Notes: generated from the sequence alone by a model not told the origin. A stretch of DNA of 64,000 bases from Azolla caroliniana (GCA_043228905.1 JBHGNT010000014.1:5394001-5458000); one strand, 5' to 3'; shown: positions 24,671 through 37,128, counted from the stretch's first letter. Numbers and translations: made by a program.

Positions 24671-26876
24671 CCCCTTTATTACGCAGGTCGATTTATTTAT
24701 TAGAATCAAACGAATGCATCCAAATATCAAAGTTCAACTACGAACATTCGAGTCTCTTAAGCCACACTTTGTGAGATGCCTAAAGGATCGATACACATGT
24801 TGTTGCATTTACCATGTACATATGGGTTTTCTAAAGGACTCTGTTAATCTACTACGTCACCATAGCGCATCCCTAACTATTACAGTTTGCACATGTGGGT
24901 GCCCAATCTGTCGATCAAGCCCGCAAGAGGAGTGTAAATCATTTGAGCACGTTATCTCTTCCATGAGTTATTTATTAGATTCAATATTGTGTCCGAGAGA
25001 AACTGACGCTATCTTCCATAGTCATAAATGTGTCATGGGTTTATGTCAAGATTGTGGCCCTACTAGATTTAGGTGGTGTCCAAATGAATTGAGTAGTGAA
25101 ATATTGATCTCTGTGAAGTTATTTGAGTCAATGAACACCAATTTCGAAGGAAAGGTGTGTAAAAGAAAGGATCTAGTTCGGAAGATGCTTAAACCAAGGG
25201 ATTTGGTGTGTCAGTTTGTAATATCTCTAGGAAAGTTCATTAAACACAACTTCATTTATTCATGGCAGGCTCATCAGTTTAAGACTTGCATATCTGATTT
25301 CCCAAATGATGTAGTAGGCTCAGTAGTAGATTTCGCAGAGAATTATACTTTCAAGCAGCAGAATGAAATTCAATCTATGCATTGGTGTTCAGTTCAGGTA
25401 ACCATTTTTGTGCACATAACATATTTTCGAGTTTCAGGTGATGTTAAAAAAGTAATTCATTTCTTTATTTCTGATGATAAGAAGCATGATACCTTGTTCG
25501 TCCAACACTGTTTTAAGTTACATTGGTAGTGGTTATTAGCTTAACATTTGGAGCTTACTCAACATTGGGTCTGGTCTGACGGAGCTGCGTCACAATTCAA
25601 GGCTCGACGTCCATTTTATTTTGTGGGGAGGTATCTTGCTATAACAGGTTTGGAGATGAGATGGAAATTTTTTGGGTCTGGCCATGGTAAAGGTGAACAT
25701 GATTGTGCAGGGGCTATTATAAAGCGGGCACTTACCCATGAACAACTAAAGACAGATAGTGTGCACATGAATTGTGCATCATATGTAGTTGAATTTTTAA
25801 GAACAAATATGTCAACGAGTGCAACAGGTGTTTATTCCTCGCAAGTCCGAGATATCAAACGTGAATTTTGGGAAGTGAAGATAGATGAAGTAAATAGGGA
25901 GAAGACCTGGGAGTGCCAAGGAATTCCCGAATTGTGATCTCTACATGCTGTTCGCGGTTATTCCAGGTTGGATGGTCATTGTATTGCGGTTAGAGAATTG
26001 ACTTGTTTTTGCTTCCATTGTGTGCAGGGAAATTGGAGATATTGTCTAAACAAAGCATACATTCAGAATTGGGAGTATCACACTCTGAATGATAAGGAAG
26101 CAGTTGATGGAGAAACATGGCAGAATGCTGACTTCACATATGAGGGACTTGGAGATACTTTGAGTGATGTCCTGAACGTTGGGGATAACTTCGCTGTAAA
26201 TGTTGAAGAAGGCAATTCAGAGGGTGTTGATTTCTATATATTGAAGTGCACGGTTAGTAAACAGTGTGCAAGGCAGAATATTGTAGATTCATGGGGAAAT
26301 TTTGTATCTGCCGGGACATTCTACATCGAAGGCATTTTTTATGCAAAACTAGATGACTACGAATATGTGTACAGGCTGTTAGAAGACAAACTAGTGGCGT
26401 ACATGTACTCTCATTTGGTTAGGTGCATCAATGTCCCAATGTCAGAATACAATAGCTGCTCAGGTTTATACACTGTTGGTGCTAATGTGTATGAATGTAT
26501 TTACAATAGTATGCCATGGAATTTGTAGCTACAAGTAGCAATTACCATGTTCTCTTGTAAAACAAACATGTATTTCACGAAAATAGTTAAATAAATTCCT
26601 TTGAGAATCAATTTCTTGTATACAGTCTGCTTTCTATGCTTCTTTCTCAATAAAATCATGTCTTTTTTGTTAAGTTTTAAGTTATAAGTTATAGCGAAAT
26701 AGCCATCAGTAGCTAATTAGCTGTACAAATGCAGCTAATTAGCTGTCAATAGCTAAATAGTCATCAATAGCATGAAATCAACAATCTGCAACATATTCCT
26801 CAAATTACACAGTAGATAAGTATAGTGGGAACAAGTAATTAAATTCTTCATTGAATAATGTCATCTCTTTACATAT

Positions 26877-29800
26877 TTATAAATTACCATTGGAAATGTC
26901 TACAAATCTCCTATAAACAGCTAAGCTCTTGCTAGTCAGTGGAACGAGTCTACATATATTATCCGCATATCGAGCTCGGTATGGAGTCCACAACCATGCA
27001 CCAACCCTAAACCCTAAACCCTGTTCAGGCATTTCCTCGGGTAGAATGAGACAACATCTCCGAATATTGAAGTAGTGCCGGAAATTTTCTATATCCAAAA
27101 TCAATGTGTTGTCGGCATTATATTCAGGCCAAGTAGCCCAAAAATCAGAAAGTCTCTTGAATCTTGCAGCTTCCATTTGCTCACAATTTTCTCGTGCCCA
27201 TTGACCTTTAAAATGACTTCGCCAGTTTGGGAAGAATCTTGCTAAATACTTCCACACATCTGATTTTGGTTTTTCACTCCAAATAAACAAATCAAAGTAT
27301 TGCACAACCCACTCTAGAAACTAATTCGCGTCCCTCCTTGGCTGCATATATCTCACACTCATCAAGACTTTATCAAGCTCCAAGATCAAGGCTCTTCTTT
27401 TGACTTCTAGTGGTTTAGGTTTCCATTCCTGAAACTGAGCCGATGTTACACCATTTTCTGGTAGGACACGATCAATCTCAATCAGCTTAGGTTCGGCCAA
27501 CACAACTGGCGTCCTTTTCCTCTTCAAACCCCTAGTCGACTGTGTTGGGCCTGGCTTCACATTTTGGTGCTCTTGTTTTGTGAACTTAGTTATCAATCCT
27601 TGGATTACCTCGGTGCATGTAGCTACTGATCTGCTCGATATTAGTCCACTGGTATCACATGCTGCATCTACTTGCAACATCAAGTCATCCGTGCAACATG
27701 CTGCATCTACCTACAACATCAAGTCATCCGTGCAACATGCTTGATCAACTTGTGTGACCAGATCACTTGTGTCAGTTGCTACATCTACTTTCAAGATGGG
27801 GCCCTTTAAACACGCCGCAACATCAACAGTATCTACACTGCCATTGGCCTTACGGGCAATAGAATCAAACCCTTTAGACTCTGCAACATAAGAAAACACC
27901 AACATATTCACACTCACAAAGGAACTAATAGTCTCACAAAACAACATCCTGAACATCAAAGAGTTTCAGTCATAGAACAACACTCTTCAAATTATCTTGG
28001 AAAAACATCATAGAGTTCCATTACATAATGTGGATCAAGCAACAACCAATCTGAGGTTTTACTTGTCCAACAGGATGGTAAAACTTCATAAAATCCTAGC
28101 AAAATCCCTAAGCTAAGAATCATATCCAACTAAATAGTATTTCGCTCCACTACATCTGGGCCCCTTGACCGAGTAACTGGTCTTGTTCTCGCTCGTGGCC
28201 CCTTCTTCAGCCTTTTTCTGGTCGGTTGCCCATTTAGCCTTGCTTCTTTCACCCAATGCGCAAGTGTGTCCTCCTCTGACAACCTTCCCATCGCCTCAAT
28301 AGCTAATTGCACATCGGCCGTTTCTTGCGCTAGCTTTTCAAGCACAGAGGGATCTGTTTGGACATTTTCAGTAGTTGGGCTCGGTTTAGTGCAATCAAGG
28401 TCTTGAGATTCGAAGAAATGTTGCATCAAGTGTTCATAAACACTGTTGTTGTGAACCTCAGTTTTACATGTTGTTTCCACTATTTCATGGCATTTCACAT
28501 CGTTGCCTAATTTAGTACACTATTCCAAAAGAATAGGGTGGAGCTGATCTAAAGGAGATGTGATAGCGGGACTCTTACTTTCAGCCACGTTGGCAGCAAT
28601 ATCCTCATCTGTTGCAGCGTCATCAGCATCAGACACATCATGTGCCGTCCTTAATCCACAAGATTCTACAATAACATGGCAACTATTTAGGATAGCTAAT
28701 TAGCTACTTTACTAAACTATGGTAGTAGCTAGGATAGCTAATTAGCTACTTTACTAAGTATGGTAGTAGCTAGGATAGCTAATTAGCTACTATGGTAGCT
28801 AATTAGCTACTTTACTCAACTATGGTAGTAGCTAGGATAGCTAATTAGCTACTTTACTCAACTATGGTAGTAGCTAGGATAGCTAATTAGCTACTTTACT
28901 CAACTATGGTAGTAGCTAGGATAGCTAATTAGCTACTTTTCTCAACTATGGTAATAGCTAGGATAGCTAATTAGCTACTTTACACAACTATGGCAGTAGC
29001 TAATTAGCTAGTAGGATAGCTAATTAGCTACAATGATAGCTAATTAGCTACTTTCTCAACTATGTAGTAGCTAGGATAGCTTATTAGCTACTAGGATAGC
29101 TAATTAGCTGCCAGTAGCTAATTAGCTACTAGGATAGCTTATTAGCTACTTTACACAACTATGGCAGTAGCTAATTAGCTACTAGGATAGCTAATTAGCT
29201 AGTAGGATAGCTAATTAGCTTTTTCACACAACTATGGTACTAGCTAATTAGCTAGTACCATAGCTAATTAGCTGCTACTTTACACAACTATGGTACTAGC
29301 TAATTAGCTATGAGTAGCTAATTAGCTGCTAGTAGGATAGCTAATTAGCTAGTAGCTAACTAGCTGCCACTTAACTAATTAACTACTGTAGTAAACTATG
29401 GCAGTAGCTAATTAGCTAATAGGATAACTATTAGCTGCTTTAATCAACTATGGTAGTAGCTAATTAGCTACAACGATAGCAACAAAATAGTTTCCATACT
29501 TTTTACGGCTTAACTAATTAGAAAAGACTAAGCTTATTAGCTACAATATGGTATACCTGTTAGTTTTCTCCACTCATTTGGTAGAGCTGTACTACAATCT
29601 CCCAAACAGAATGCAACAATTTGACAGGCATGTTGAAAACAAAGCAGATGGTATGTGTGGTTGCATGGTTGTAGGTGAACCAACAAAGATGTAGTTTTGT
29701 CCTCCACACCTAACGCAACAGAGAAATTTACCGATTAATTATTCCTGTCTGAGAAAGATACACCAACTTTGCTCAGGAATCGTTAACTTACTTGAAGCTT

Positions 29801-31490
29801 TTCCAAATTCTAATCTGCAATAGTATTTACACCTAGAAGGTCCAGGTTCATTGAAAGAACTTGGATCTCTATTTGCAGTTGTATTTTACGCTGGGGATCC
29901 AGTGGCCCCTCTAATTCAAGCTCCTATTGCGCAACCTATTCCAGATAATGCTTGATTAGCACATTTTACCCTTAAAGTTATTTATAACACAATCACATAC
30001 CAACAAAACAATAGTTACCTGAATCTTATTTATAATCGTTGTAACAACGGAAGTAACTTTGCTCTCCATTGCAGAAGCCATTGTGGCTTTCTCTAAATTA
30101 GTCTTAAAAAAGGCCAATGTCTCATAGGCTTCATGGACATTTTTTAGCATATAGCTAACCAATGTCTCACCTGTATCATCAACATTGGCTTTCCTTGGGT
30201 GTCGGTGTGGTGTATGCCCCCGGTGTCGTAGTGTATTTCGTACACTACGTGAAAAAGTAAAAATAATATAACCGATTTAATTACATATAAATAAATAAAA
30301 TAAGAATATCAAGATATTTATCACGTGCATAGGGCAAGATTTGAACCCTGTACCTCCACGTAGCCAAACCTCAACTTTACCATTATACTACCTTATCTTT
30401 AGTGTTCTATAAATAGATTTAATAACTATAAGTGCTTTATTTGCGCCTACCTTTATTAAAAGGTAAATCGTGCATTTTTAGAGTGTGTGAATATTTTATA
30501 GAAAAAACGCAAGCAACTAAAAAGTGACTCGTGCACATCTAGTGTGCATGAGCACTATATTTAGCAAATAAAAGCAAGGATTAGAAAAGCATCACATGCA
30601 TATTTAGTGTGCATGAACATATTAGAAAAAAAGCATGTAGCTATGCTTAGTCTCTCCCATCACTACATAAGGATGGGGAGCACAATGTAATAGGGTGTGA
30701 AATATTTGGAAATTGGATATATTTCCGAAAACACCAACCGATTAATATAATCGTGGGATTCACGAAAATAATATAATCTATACTTGTGGGATTCACAAGT
30801 TTCTTATATCTTTCTTTCAATCTAAATACATATTCTTATCTAAATATTGATTAATCGAATACAATACACTCGTGGGATTCACGAAATTTCTATCTCTCTT
30901 TCTAATAATCTATTCATTACTAGCCTCATCTCATATTCTTCTTTCTCCTAGTCCAAAACCTCGGCGGTTCCCACCCGACTCACGCAACGATCCGGAGCCG
31001 AAAGGCACGACACCGGTTTTGCTGGGAGTCGGCAGTTGCATCAACAACTGCCATGCTCCAAAATCTGTCTATTTTTTGTGCCAAGGTCCCCATCTTTTGG
31101 CATCTTTTTACCGATGCCTCACCATAGACTGCCCAAGCTACCCTATACATTTCAGGGTCTCTGGATTCCTTCACTATTTTGCAGTACTCATATGCAAATG
31201 CTCTAGCAAATGAAACTGACAACTCATTGTTGACTGGGATCTCTTGATGAACTTTCTGGTGCAGCCTCATGCAGTCATCGTACAAGTCAGCTCGTACATG
31301 CTTCAGCTTAACCTTGCCTTTGACTCTAGCCACTGCATATACTGTCATCCAGTTTACATCACTGATCAATTTATCACTTAGGTCAGCAGGGTCAACACCC
31401 TCGAGTGATAGACCATAGGTGTTGTGGAAGTCCTCCTTTGTCTCGCAAAATTTTGCGAAGTTTAGCACTCTCGGATACGGAGGAACGAGC
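26877..31490 (-). pseudogene. Multi-exon accessory gene of the Sola element with a C-terminal FCP1/SCP (NIF, HAD-like) phosphatase-homology domain
   Basis: ORF pieces 30980-31468, 29956-30162, 28130-28665 and 26877-27880 (one frame, TAG stops at 27711 and 27321). Minus-strand donors GTGAGT ~30983, GTAAC ~30019, GTATAC 29556; acceptors TTGTAG 28666 and TTGCAG 27881. Motifs KRRALILELDKVL, FLEWVVQYFDLFIWS, YNADNTLILD. Confidence 0.62.
28680..29545. repeat. Second TAGCTAATTAGCTA array (42-bp higher-order unit) inside predicted intron 28666-29556 of the accessory gene
   Basis: AATTAGCTACTTTACTCAACTATGGTAGTAGCTAGGATAGCT repeats at 28801, 28843, 28885 and onward. Confidence 0.95.
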
Positions 31491-31544
31491 CATTTGAAAT
31501 ATCATTTATGAAATAAGAAATAGTGCAAAATCAGAATATGTCAG

Positions 31545-32020
31545 AATCAGAAACCCCAATCAACAACAGAAATAGTGCAAAATCTTTAACTTAGCAAATC
31601 AAAAACCCTAATCATAATTTGTATTCAGAAATTTGAAATTAGAAACCCTAATCAAAATCTGTAATCAGAAGTTTGAAATTAGAAACCCTAATCAAAATCT
31701 GTAATCAGAAGTTTGTAACTAGAAACCCTATACAGAAATTCTAATCAGAAATTTCAATCACAAACCCTAATCAGAAATTCTAAACAGAAATTTATAAACA
31801 AAAACCCTATTCAGAAATTCTAATAAGAAATTCTAATCAGAAATTCTAATCTGTAATCAAAATTTGTAACCAGAAACCGTATTCAAAAATTCTAATCAGA
31901 AATTTATAATCAAAAACCCTAATCAGAAATTTCAATCACAAACCCTAATCAGAAATTCTAACAAAAAATTTATAAACAAAAACCCTAATCAGAAATTTCA
32001 ATCAGAAACCCCAATCATCA
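31545..32020. repeat. AT-rich tandem array containing repeated telo-boxes (AAACCCTAATCAGAAATT)
   Basis: About 10 AAACCCTA-like motifs interleaved with TCAGAAATT units. Confidence 0.85.
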
Positions 32021-32450
32021 CTAAAGACAAGATTAAACACAAAAAAAGTAATATAAACACACCTGCTGCTACTCCCCGATCTGCGAGACATCCTTGTATG
32101 GGACTCTAAGGACTTCGCCCTATTCAATTTTGGGGAAATATGAATCGGCACCAAAGTTCAGACAATAGTCAAAATGAATCGGCACCAAAGTTTGATGACA
32201 TTGAAGTCGACCTTAGATGATGATGCTATTCCCCAAGTTCCACTACGTCTGAAATAGAAGTTCAAATATTTGAGTTTTTTCATAAATTGGTTTTTCAAAT
32301 ATTTGATTTTCCCACAAAAAAGACAAGCTAAACAAATAGCTAATTAGCTATGGCCATTTTAGTAGCTAATTAGCTATAATAGTGTTTCCACTCACATGCT
32401 TTTACCCTTCTATCCTTATCTAATGCTTACATTAGTCTATGTCTCTAACA

Positions 32451-32680
32451 ACATAACTAATGAGTTCCATATTCCCCAAGACTATGAGTCTTCACATTCC
32501 CCAAGAGAGAGTAGTTGTTGTAGTAAGTTAATGGAAGAGAGAGGGCGACCTTATATAAAGCACCCTTCTCCTACTTTATAGTGTGTCGGTTGTGTCTCCT
32601 TCTAATGCTACATTTTGTAATTGGTATTCTCCTTGTGAATATACACCTTCTTCTTGAGTACTTCATTTTTCTCTTGCTTA
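32451..32680 (+). repeat. Fragment of an H-like Copia LTR (duplicated at 42153-42384)
   Basis: ACATAACT..CACATTCCCC..GAAGAGAGAGGG..TAAAGCACCCT resembles 59865-60030. Confidence 0.7.
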
Positions 32681-32693
32681 TGTAGAATAATAC

Positions 32694-33020
32694 TGTTACG
32701 GGCATGACCATATAATATCCCGTGGTGAGAATTTACCGTAGTATTCTATAAACGGGGATAAGTGTGAGGGTTAAACGAGAGTGTAAAGAAGGGGAGGATT
32801 ACTTTTTCCTCGGGATTGAGACAACCCATTAGGCCAAGTGTGAACATGGCTGGGGGCCTTGGGTCTCGCTATAAATAGAGGCCTAGCTACCCTTATTTCA
32901 TCATCTTGTTGACTACGTCGAGACTCTGTCTTGTGGTGGGTCAACTCTTGTAGGGAGCGTGCCAGCACCAGGTACGACTCGACGCCACGACGGTGGTATG
33001 GCACGCCGATCGAGGCTCGA
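32694..33020 (+). repeat. Truncated chromovirus LTR (duplicate of 42398-42724)
   Basis: Same AATAC|TGTTACGGG junction as 42398; similarity stops at ~33020. Confidence 0.88.
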
Positions 33021-35429
33021 CCGTTCGCGCGTGCCAAAAGTGTTGTTGGGGTGGCGGGTGAAACCTAGAATGGCTTCACCCCCCTCCCAAGGGGGTTACG
33101 ATAAAGAGAGAGCTAGAGAGAGAGACAAATAGAAAATGACACAAATGTGAGAGGGAAAAAGCTATTCATTACGTACCCCATAGGGGGTTTATATAATACA
33201 TTCAATGTAACGGTTACATGACTGTTATGAATAAGACCGTTAAACATTCTTGTACACATGCACATAATTGTGCATGTGTCCATACACATACTCATCGTCA
33301 CACACTCATTTACTTTACACATACACATCAACCACATCATTACACATACCCTTATGCCCTCCCGTATATTTGTTACGGGCATGACCATCTAATATCCCGT
33401 GGTCAGAATTTACCGTAGTATTCTATACACGTGGATAACTGTGAGGGTTAAATGAGAGTGTAAAGAAGGGGAGGATTACTTTTTCCTCGGGATTGAGACA
33501 ACCCATTAGGCCAAGTGTGAACATGGCTGGGGGCCTTGGGTCTCGCTATAAATAGAGGCCTAGCTACCCTCATTTCATCATTTTGTCGACTATGTCGAGA
33601 CTCTGTCTTGTGGTGGGTCACCTCTTGTAGCGAGCGCGCCAACACCAGGTAAGACTCAACGCCACGGCGGTGGTATGGGACGCCGATCGAGGCTCGAGTC
33701 CGTCTCGATCCCTTCGCTCGGGGGTGGTTGGGTGGATCGGCACCCTTCTTTCTCTCTCTCCTTTCTTTCTATCTACCTAGATTTATCCTTATCTAATGCT
33801 TACTTTAGTACATGTCTCTAATATTTGGTATCCGAGCCTATGTACTAATGTTTCTTTTTTTGGTCTTATCTTCTCGATGGATGGCGATCGATCGTTGTGC
33901 GGTTGGCCTTCATGCAGACGAGGATCAAAAGGAACTTCGGTAATCTTTTTGGTTGTTTTTTGTCTATTTTTTCTTCTCCCACCTAATCATGTGTATGGTT
34001 AATATGTAGATTATTTTCATTAATCAAATGATGTTGTCGTGGTATTTAATTGGTTATCTAAAATTCTTACATATGTGCACGAGGTCAATACCTCGTTTGA
34101 CATGTAAATAATATGTGATGAGTGTCGTATGCGTACGAGGTTAATAACTCAATTACGTATTACGTTCACGAACATATGTTACGTTTGCGTATGAGGTCAA
34201 CACCTCGATTTTGTTATAACTGATGGCGTTTGGTCTCGTATGCGTAAGAGGTCAATACCTCAATTGCATATTACGTTGAACCCTTATTTTTGGATGTCTC
34301 GTGTGCGTAGAGGTATATGCCTCGATTACGTATCTCGATTACGTCATTTTTGGCTATTAAATATAACGATTTCTTTAATATAGGCATATATGGTCACATG
34401 TATACGTAGTTGATCGTATATATGTGATAATATACATATGTGTATATAAGTTATTACGTGATTTTAAATCGAATGTTTTCCTTTTGGGGGAAAGGTTCTT
34501 GGTGGCCGTCCTCACATTTTTGTGAGAATCGTGTTGTCACCATCCCTTTTTTCAACAATTTTTTATTTTTGAAATCCCCGTTGGTGACTTCGATATTTCG
34601 TTACGTAAAGAAACGCCAATATCCATAATGATGTTGAGTACATAGGGTTTGACCCACTTCATGTGAGGTCGCTCTTATGACACACGTATCCCACATCCCT
34701 CCCTCATTACATGGATACGATGCCACCATGAGATCATTCTTACGAGAGGCATTCGTAATGACATGACCATGTGATGGGCCACGTGGGCCTACTACGAAAA
34801 GAGGGCTCATTTGGCTTGACCATTAGGTTGCACTTTGGTGTATGCCATCGTAATTACGAGACTTGAGGTTAGGTAACGTACCAACATAGTTGTAGTAAAT
34901 GAGGGCGAAATAAGGACTCTTGACATATATGGGCAAATGCCTCGCATATCTCTTATACGCATGAAACATTAAACATTCAAGAGGAGCAACCTACTTGGTT
35001 GGCTCAAGTTTTTAATGCATTTGTTCTCGAGGTCTCGAGTTCAAATATGACCAAGACCATACAACATCGTTGATACATATGATTATAACACATGTTTAGA
35101 CTTGGGGTCTAAGTGCACTTCGGGGTCCTCGTAATAGGACTTAAAGAGCCAAAACCACATATGTGGGACCGAAACATAGTTTATTGTTAACATTTTTTTC
35201 GTGTATAAACTATTCATGACGCGAACATACATGGTTGAGTCTCGGGGAGCCACCATGAAAAAATCGATATAGAGGTGAGGGAAAGACATTTATTTGTCAC
35301 CCCCATGGTTTTTAAAACACCTTTGTGTAACCATAGTAACTTGATCTTGAACCTCATCTCATACGTCTAGAGGGGTATTGACGTAAGATAATGATATCGA
35401 TTAATGCTCGCCCATGATTGGTTTACATC

Positions 35430-36474
35430 ACGACATGATGTTGTGACTATCTCTCTGGCCGTATCCTATTTCTTTTCTAGAAATAATCATTTAATGGCTC
35501 AAAATAACGACCCGATGTCATCCACTCAAGCGGAAGGAACTCAAGGGAATCCTCCTGGACAAATGTCCATTGAGATGTATTTTTCGCAAATAACCCAATA
35601 CCTTAGTTTCACCGCTCAATAGATGACCGAACTTCGGCAATCTCAAAGTGCTCTCGAGGCACGTGTCATTAGTCTACAACGTGAGACTAATAGACCTGAT
35701 GAGCGATAGGGTGAACCATCGTTTGTCGTTAAGCCATTTACAGGAGACAAAAAGGAAAGAACTGAAGAAGCAATCTGCACGTGGCTGGGCCGATGGGAGT
35801 CACATTTTGAGCTCTATTCCACGCCAAATAGTACGAAGATTGCATATGTCGGCCAAGAACTAGGGGGTAAGGCCGCCGCCTGGTGGCGTGGGCTCTGTAC
35901 TTTGGGGAAATTGCCCGATACCTGGACAGATTTTGTCACAAATTTCAAGGGCCAATTTCTACAACCTCCCTCTCGAACCGAGGCAACACAAGCTTTAATG
36001 AACCTCTCTAGTAGGAAGTTTTCCTCGCTAGAAGATTATGTCCACCATGCTAGAACCCAAATCCAAAAATCGGGTCTAGAAGGGGACAATTGGTTAATAG
36101 CTTGTTTTGTCAATGGCATCCCCAATTCGGACTATCACTGGATAGTGCACGATAAGGATCCAAAATCCTTCGAAGAGGCCATTGAAATAATTCTTCGCTA
36201 TCAACGCACTTCGAAGAAGAACCACAATAAAACCAACGAAGCGCCCGGGACTAAGCAGTCGCAATTCGTTGGGAAACGCAAGACACCCAACGAATTCATG
36301 GATCGCGATTGTAAGCGACAACATCCTTTTTGCGTATTCTGCAAAAAGAAGGGTCATACAAAAGAGCAATGTCGAAAGCTCCAACGGAAAGAGCACAACA
36401 ACAAAGCTAAAACTGTAGACCATAAAGGTCAGATTCCTAAGGTCAGATTCCATTGCAAGAGTGCAATGTTTTAA
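35430..36474 (+). pseudogene. gag: Gypsy gag (capsid plus CCHC knuckle)
   Basis: AAAWW...TWTDFVTNFKGQF, SFEEAIE, CVFCKKKGHTKEQC. Confidence 0.85.
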
Positions 36475-37128
36475 AGAGGGGGAGTATGTTACGGGCATGA
36501 CCATATAATATCCCGTGGTGAGAATTTACCGGAGTTTTCTATACACGTGGATAAGTGTGAGGGTTAAATGAAAGTGAAAAGAAGGGGAAGATTACTTTTA
36601 ATCCTTGGGATTGAGACAACCCATTAGGCGAAGTGTGAATTTGCCTGGGGGCCTTGGGTATCACTATAAATAAGAGGCCTAGCTACCCTCATTGGATCAT
36701 CTTGTTGACTACGTGGAGACTCTGTCTTGTGGTGGGTCAACTCTTGTAGGGAGCACGCCAGCACCAGGTACGACTTGATGCCATAGCGGTGGTATGGGAC
36801 GCCGATCAAGGCTTGAGTCTGTCTCGATCCCTTCGCTCGGGGGTGGTCGGGTGCATCGACACCCTTCTTGTTAGGAAACAGGTCTCTCTGGATGGGAAGT
36901 GAGAAGAACATTGTTGATGAGCAACTCGGATTTGGAGTACCTGGCAACGGAAGACCTGGTGAGAACCAGATGTGAAGTACTCGGCAATGGAAGACTCGGT
37001 GAGAACCGGATGACGAGATTTCGTCCGTGTTTTTGATTGTCATCAAGTGATCTACGCTTCGGTTGTGGCCGGAGATTAATCCACGTATTTCACGTCAAAC
37101 TGGTATCAGAGCAAAACGACATAGAAAA

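Larger units (their letters stand above)
16382..26528 (+). pseudogene. Sola2-type DDD transposase; exon 1 ~16382-17130, phase-0 intron 17131-24686, exon 2 24687-26528
   Basis: CAG|GTATTT donor and ACGCAG|GTC acceptor join HPIHLLDVPQ to VDLFIRIKRMHPNIK in frame. Motifs VVDFAENY, QNEIQSMHW, DKKHD, WSDGAASQFK, FFGSGHGKGEHD and Cys-rich clusters. In-frame stops at 25527, ~25542 and 25935; probable 1-nt slip in the A-run near 16495. Confidence 0.83.
15194..32407 (+). mobile_element. Sola2-like cut-and-paste DNA transposon (17.2 kb including nested Copia; about 10.7 kb without it)
   Basis: 25-bp TIRs GGGTGAAAGCATGAGAGTGGAAACA (15194-15218) and TGTTTCCACTCACATGCTTTTACCC (32383-32407), 2 mismatches; 4-bp TSD TTCT; splits an LTR whose empty site is seen near 42105-42120. 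GRG termini, 4-bp TSD and transposase motifs match my recollection of Sola2. Confidence 0.85.

Noticed and set aside
26877-31490. Resident host phosphatase gene
   Set aside because: It lies between the TIRs of an element that itself interrupts an LTR, so it is cargo; it also carries premature stops
31545-32020. Interstitial telomere
   Set aside because: AAACCCTA motifs are single and separated by other sequence, not (TTTAGGG)n
15194-32407. CACTA, Mutator or hAT assignment
   Set aside because: Termini are GGG with a 4-bp TSD (not CACT with 3 bp, 9 bp or 8 bp) and the transposase motifs differ
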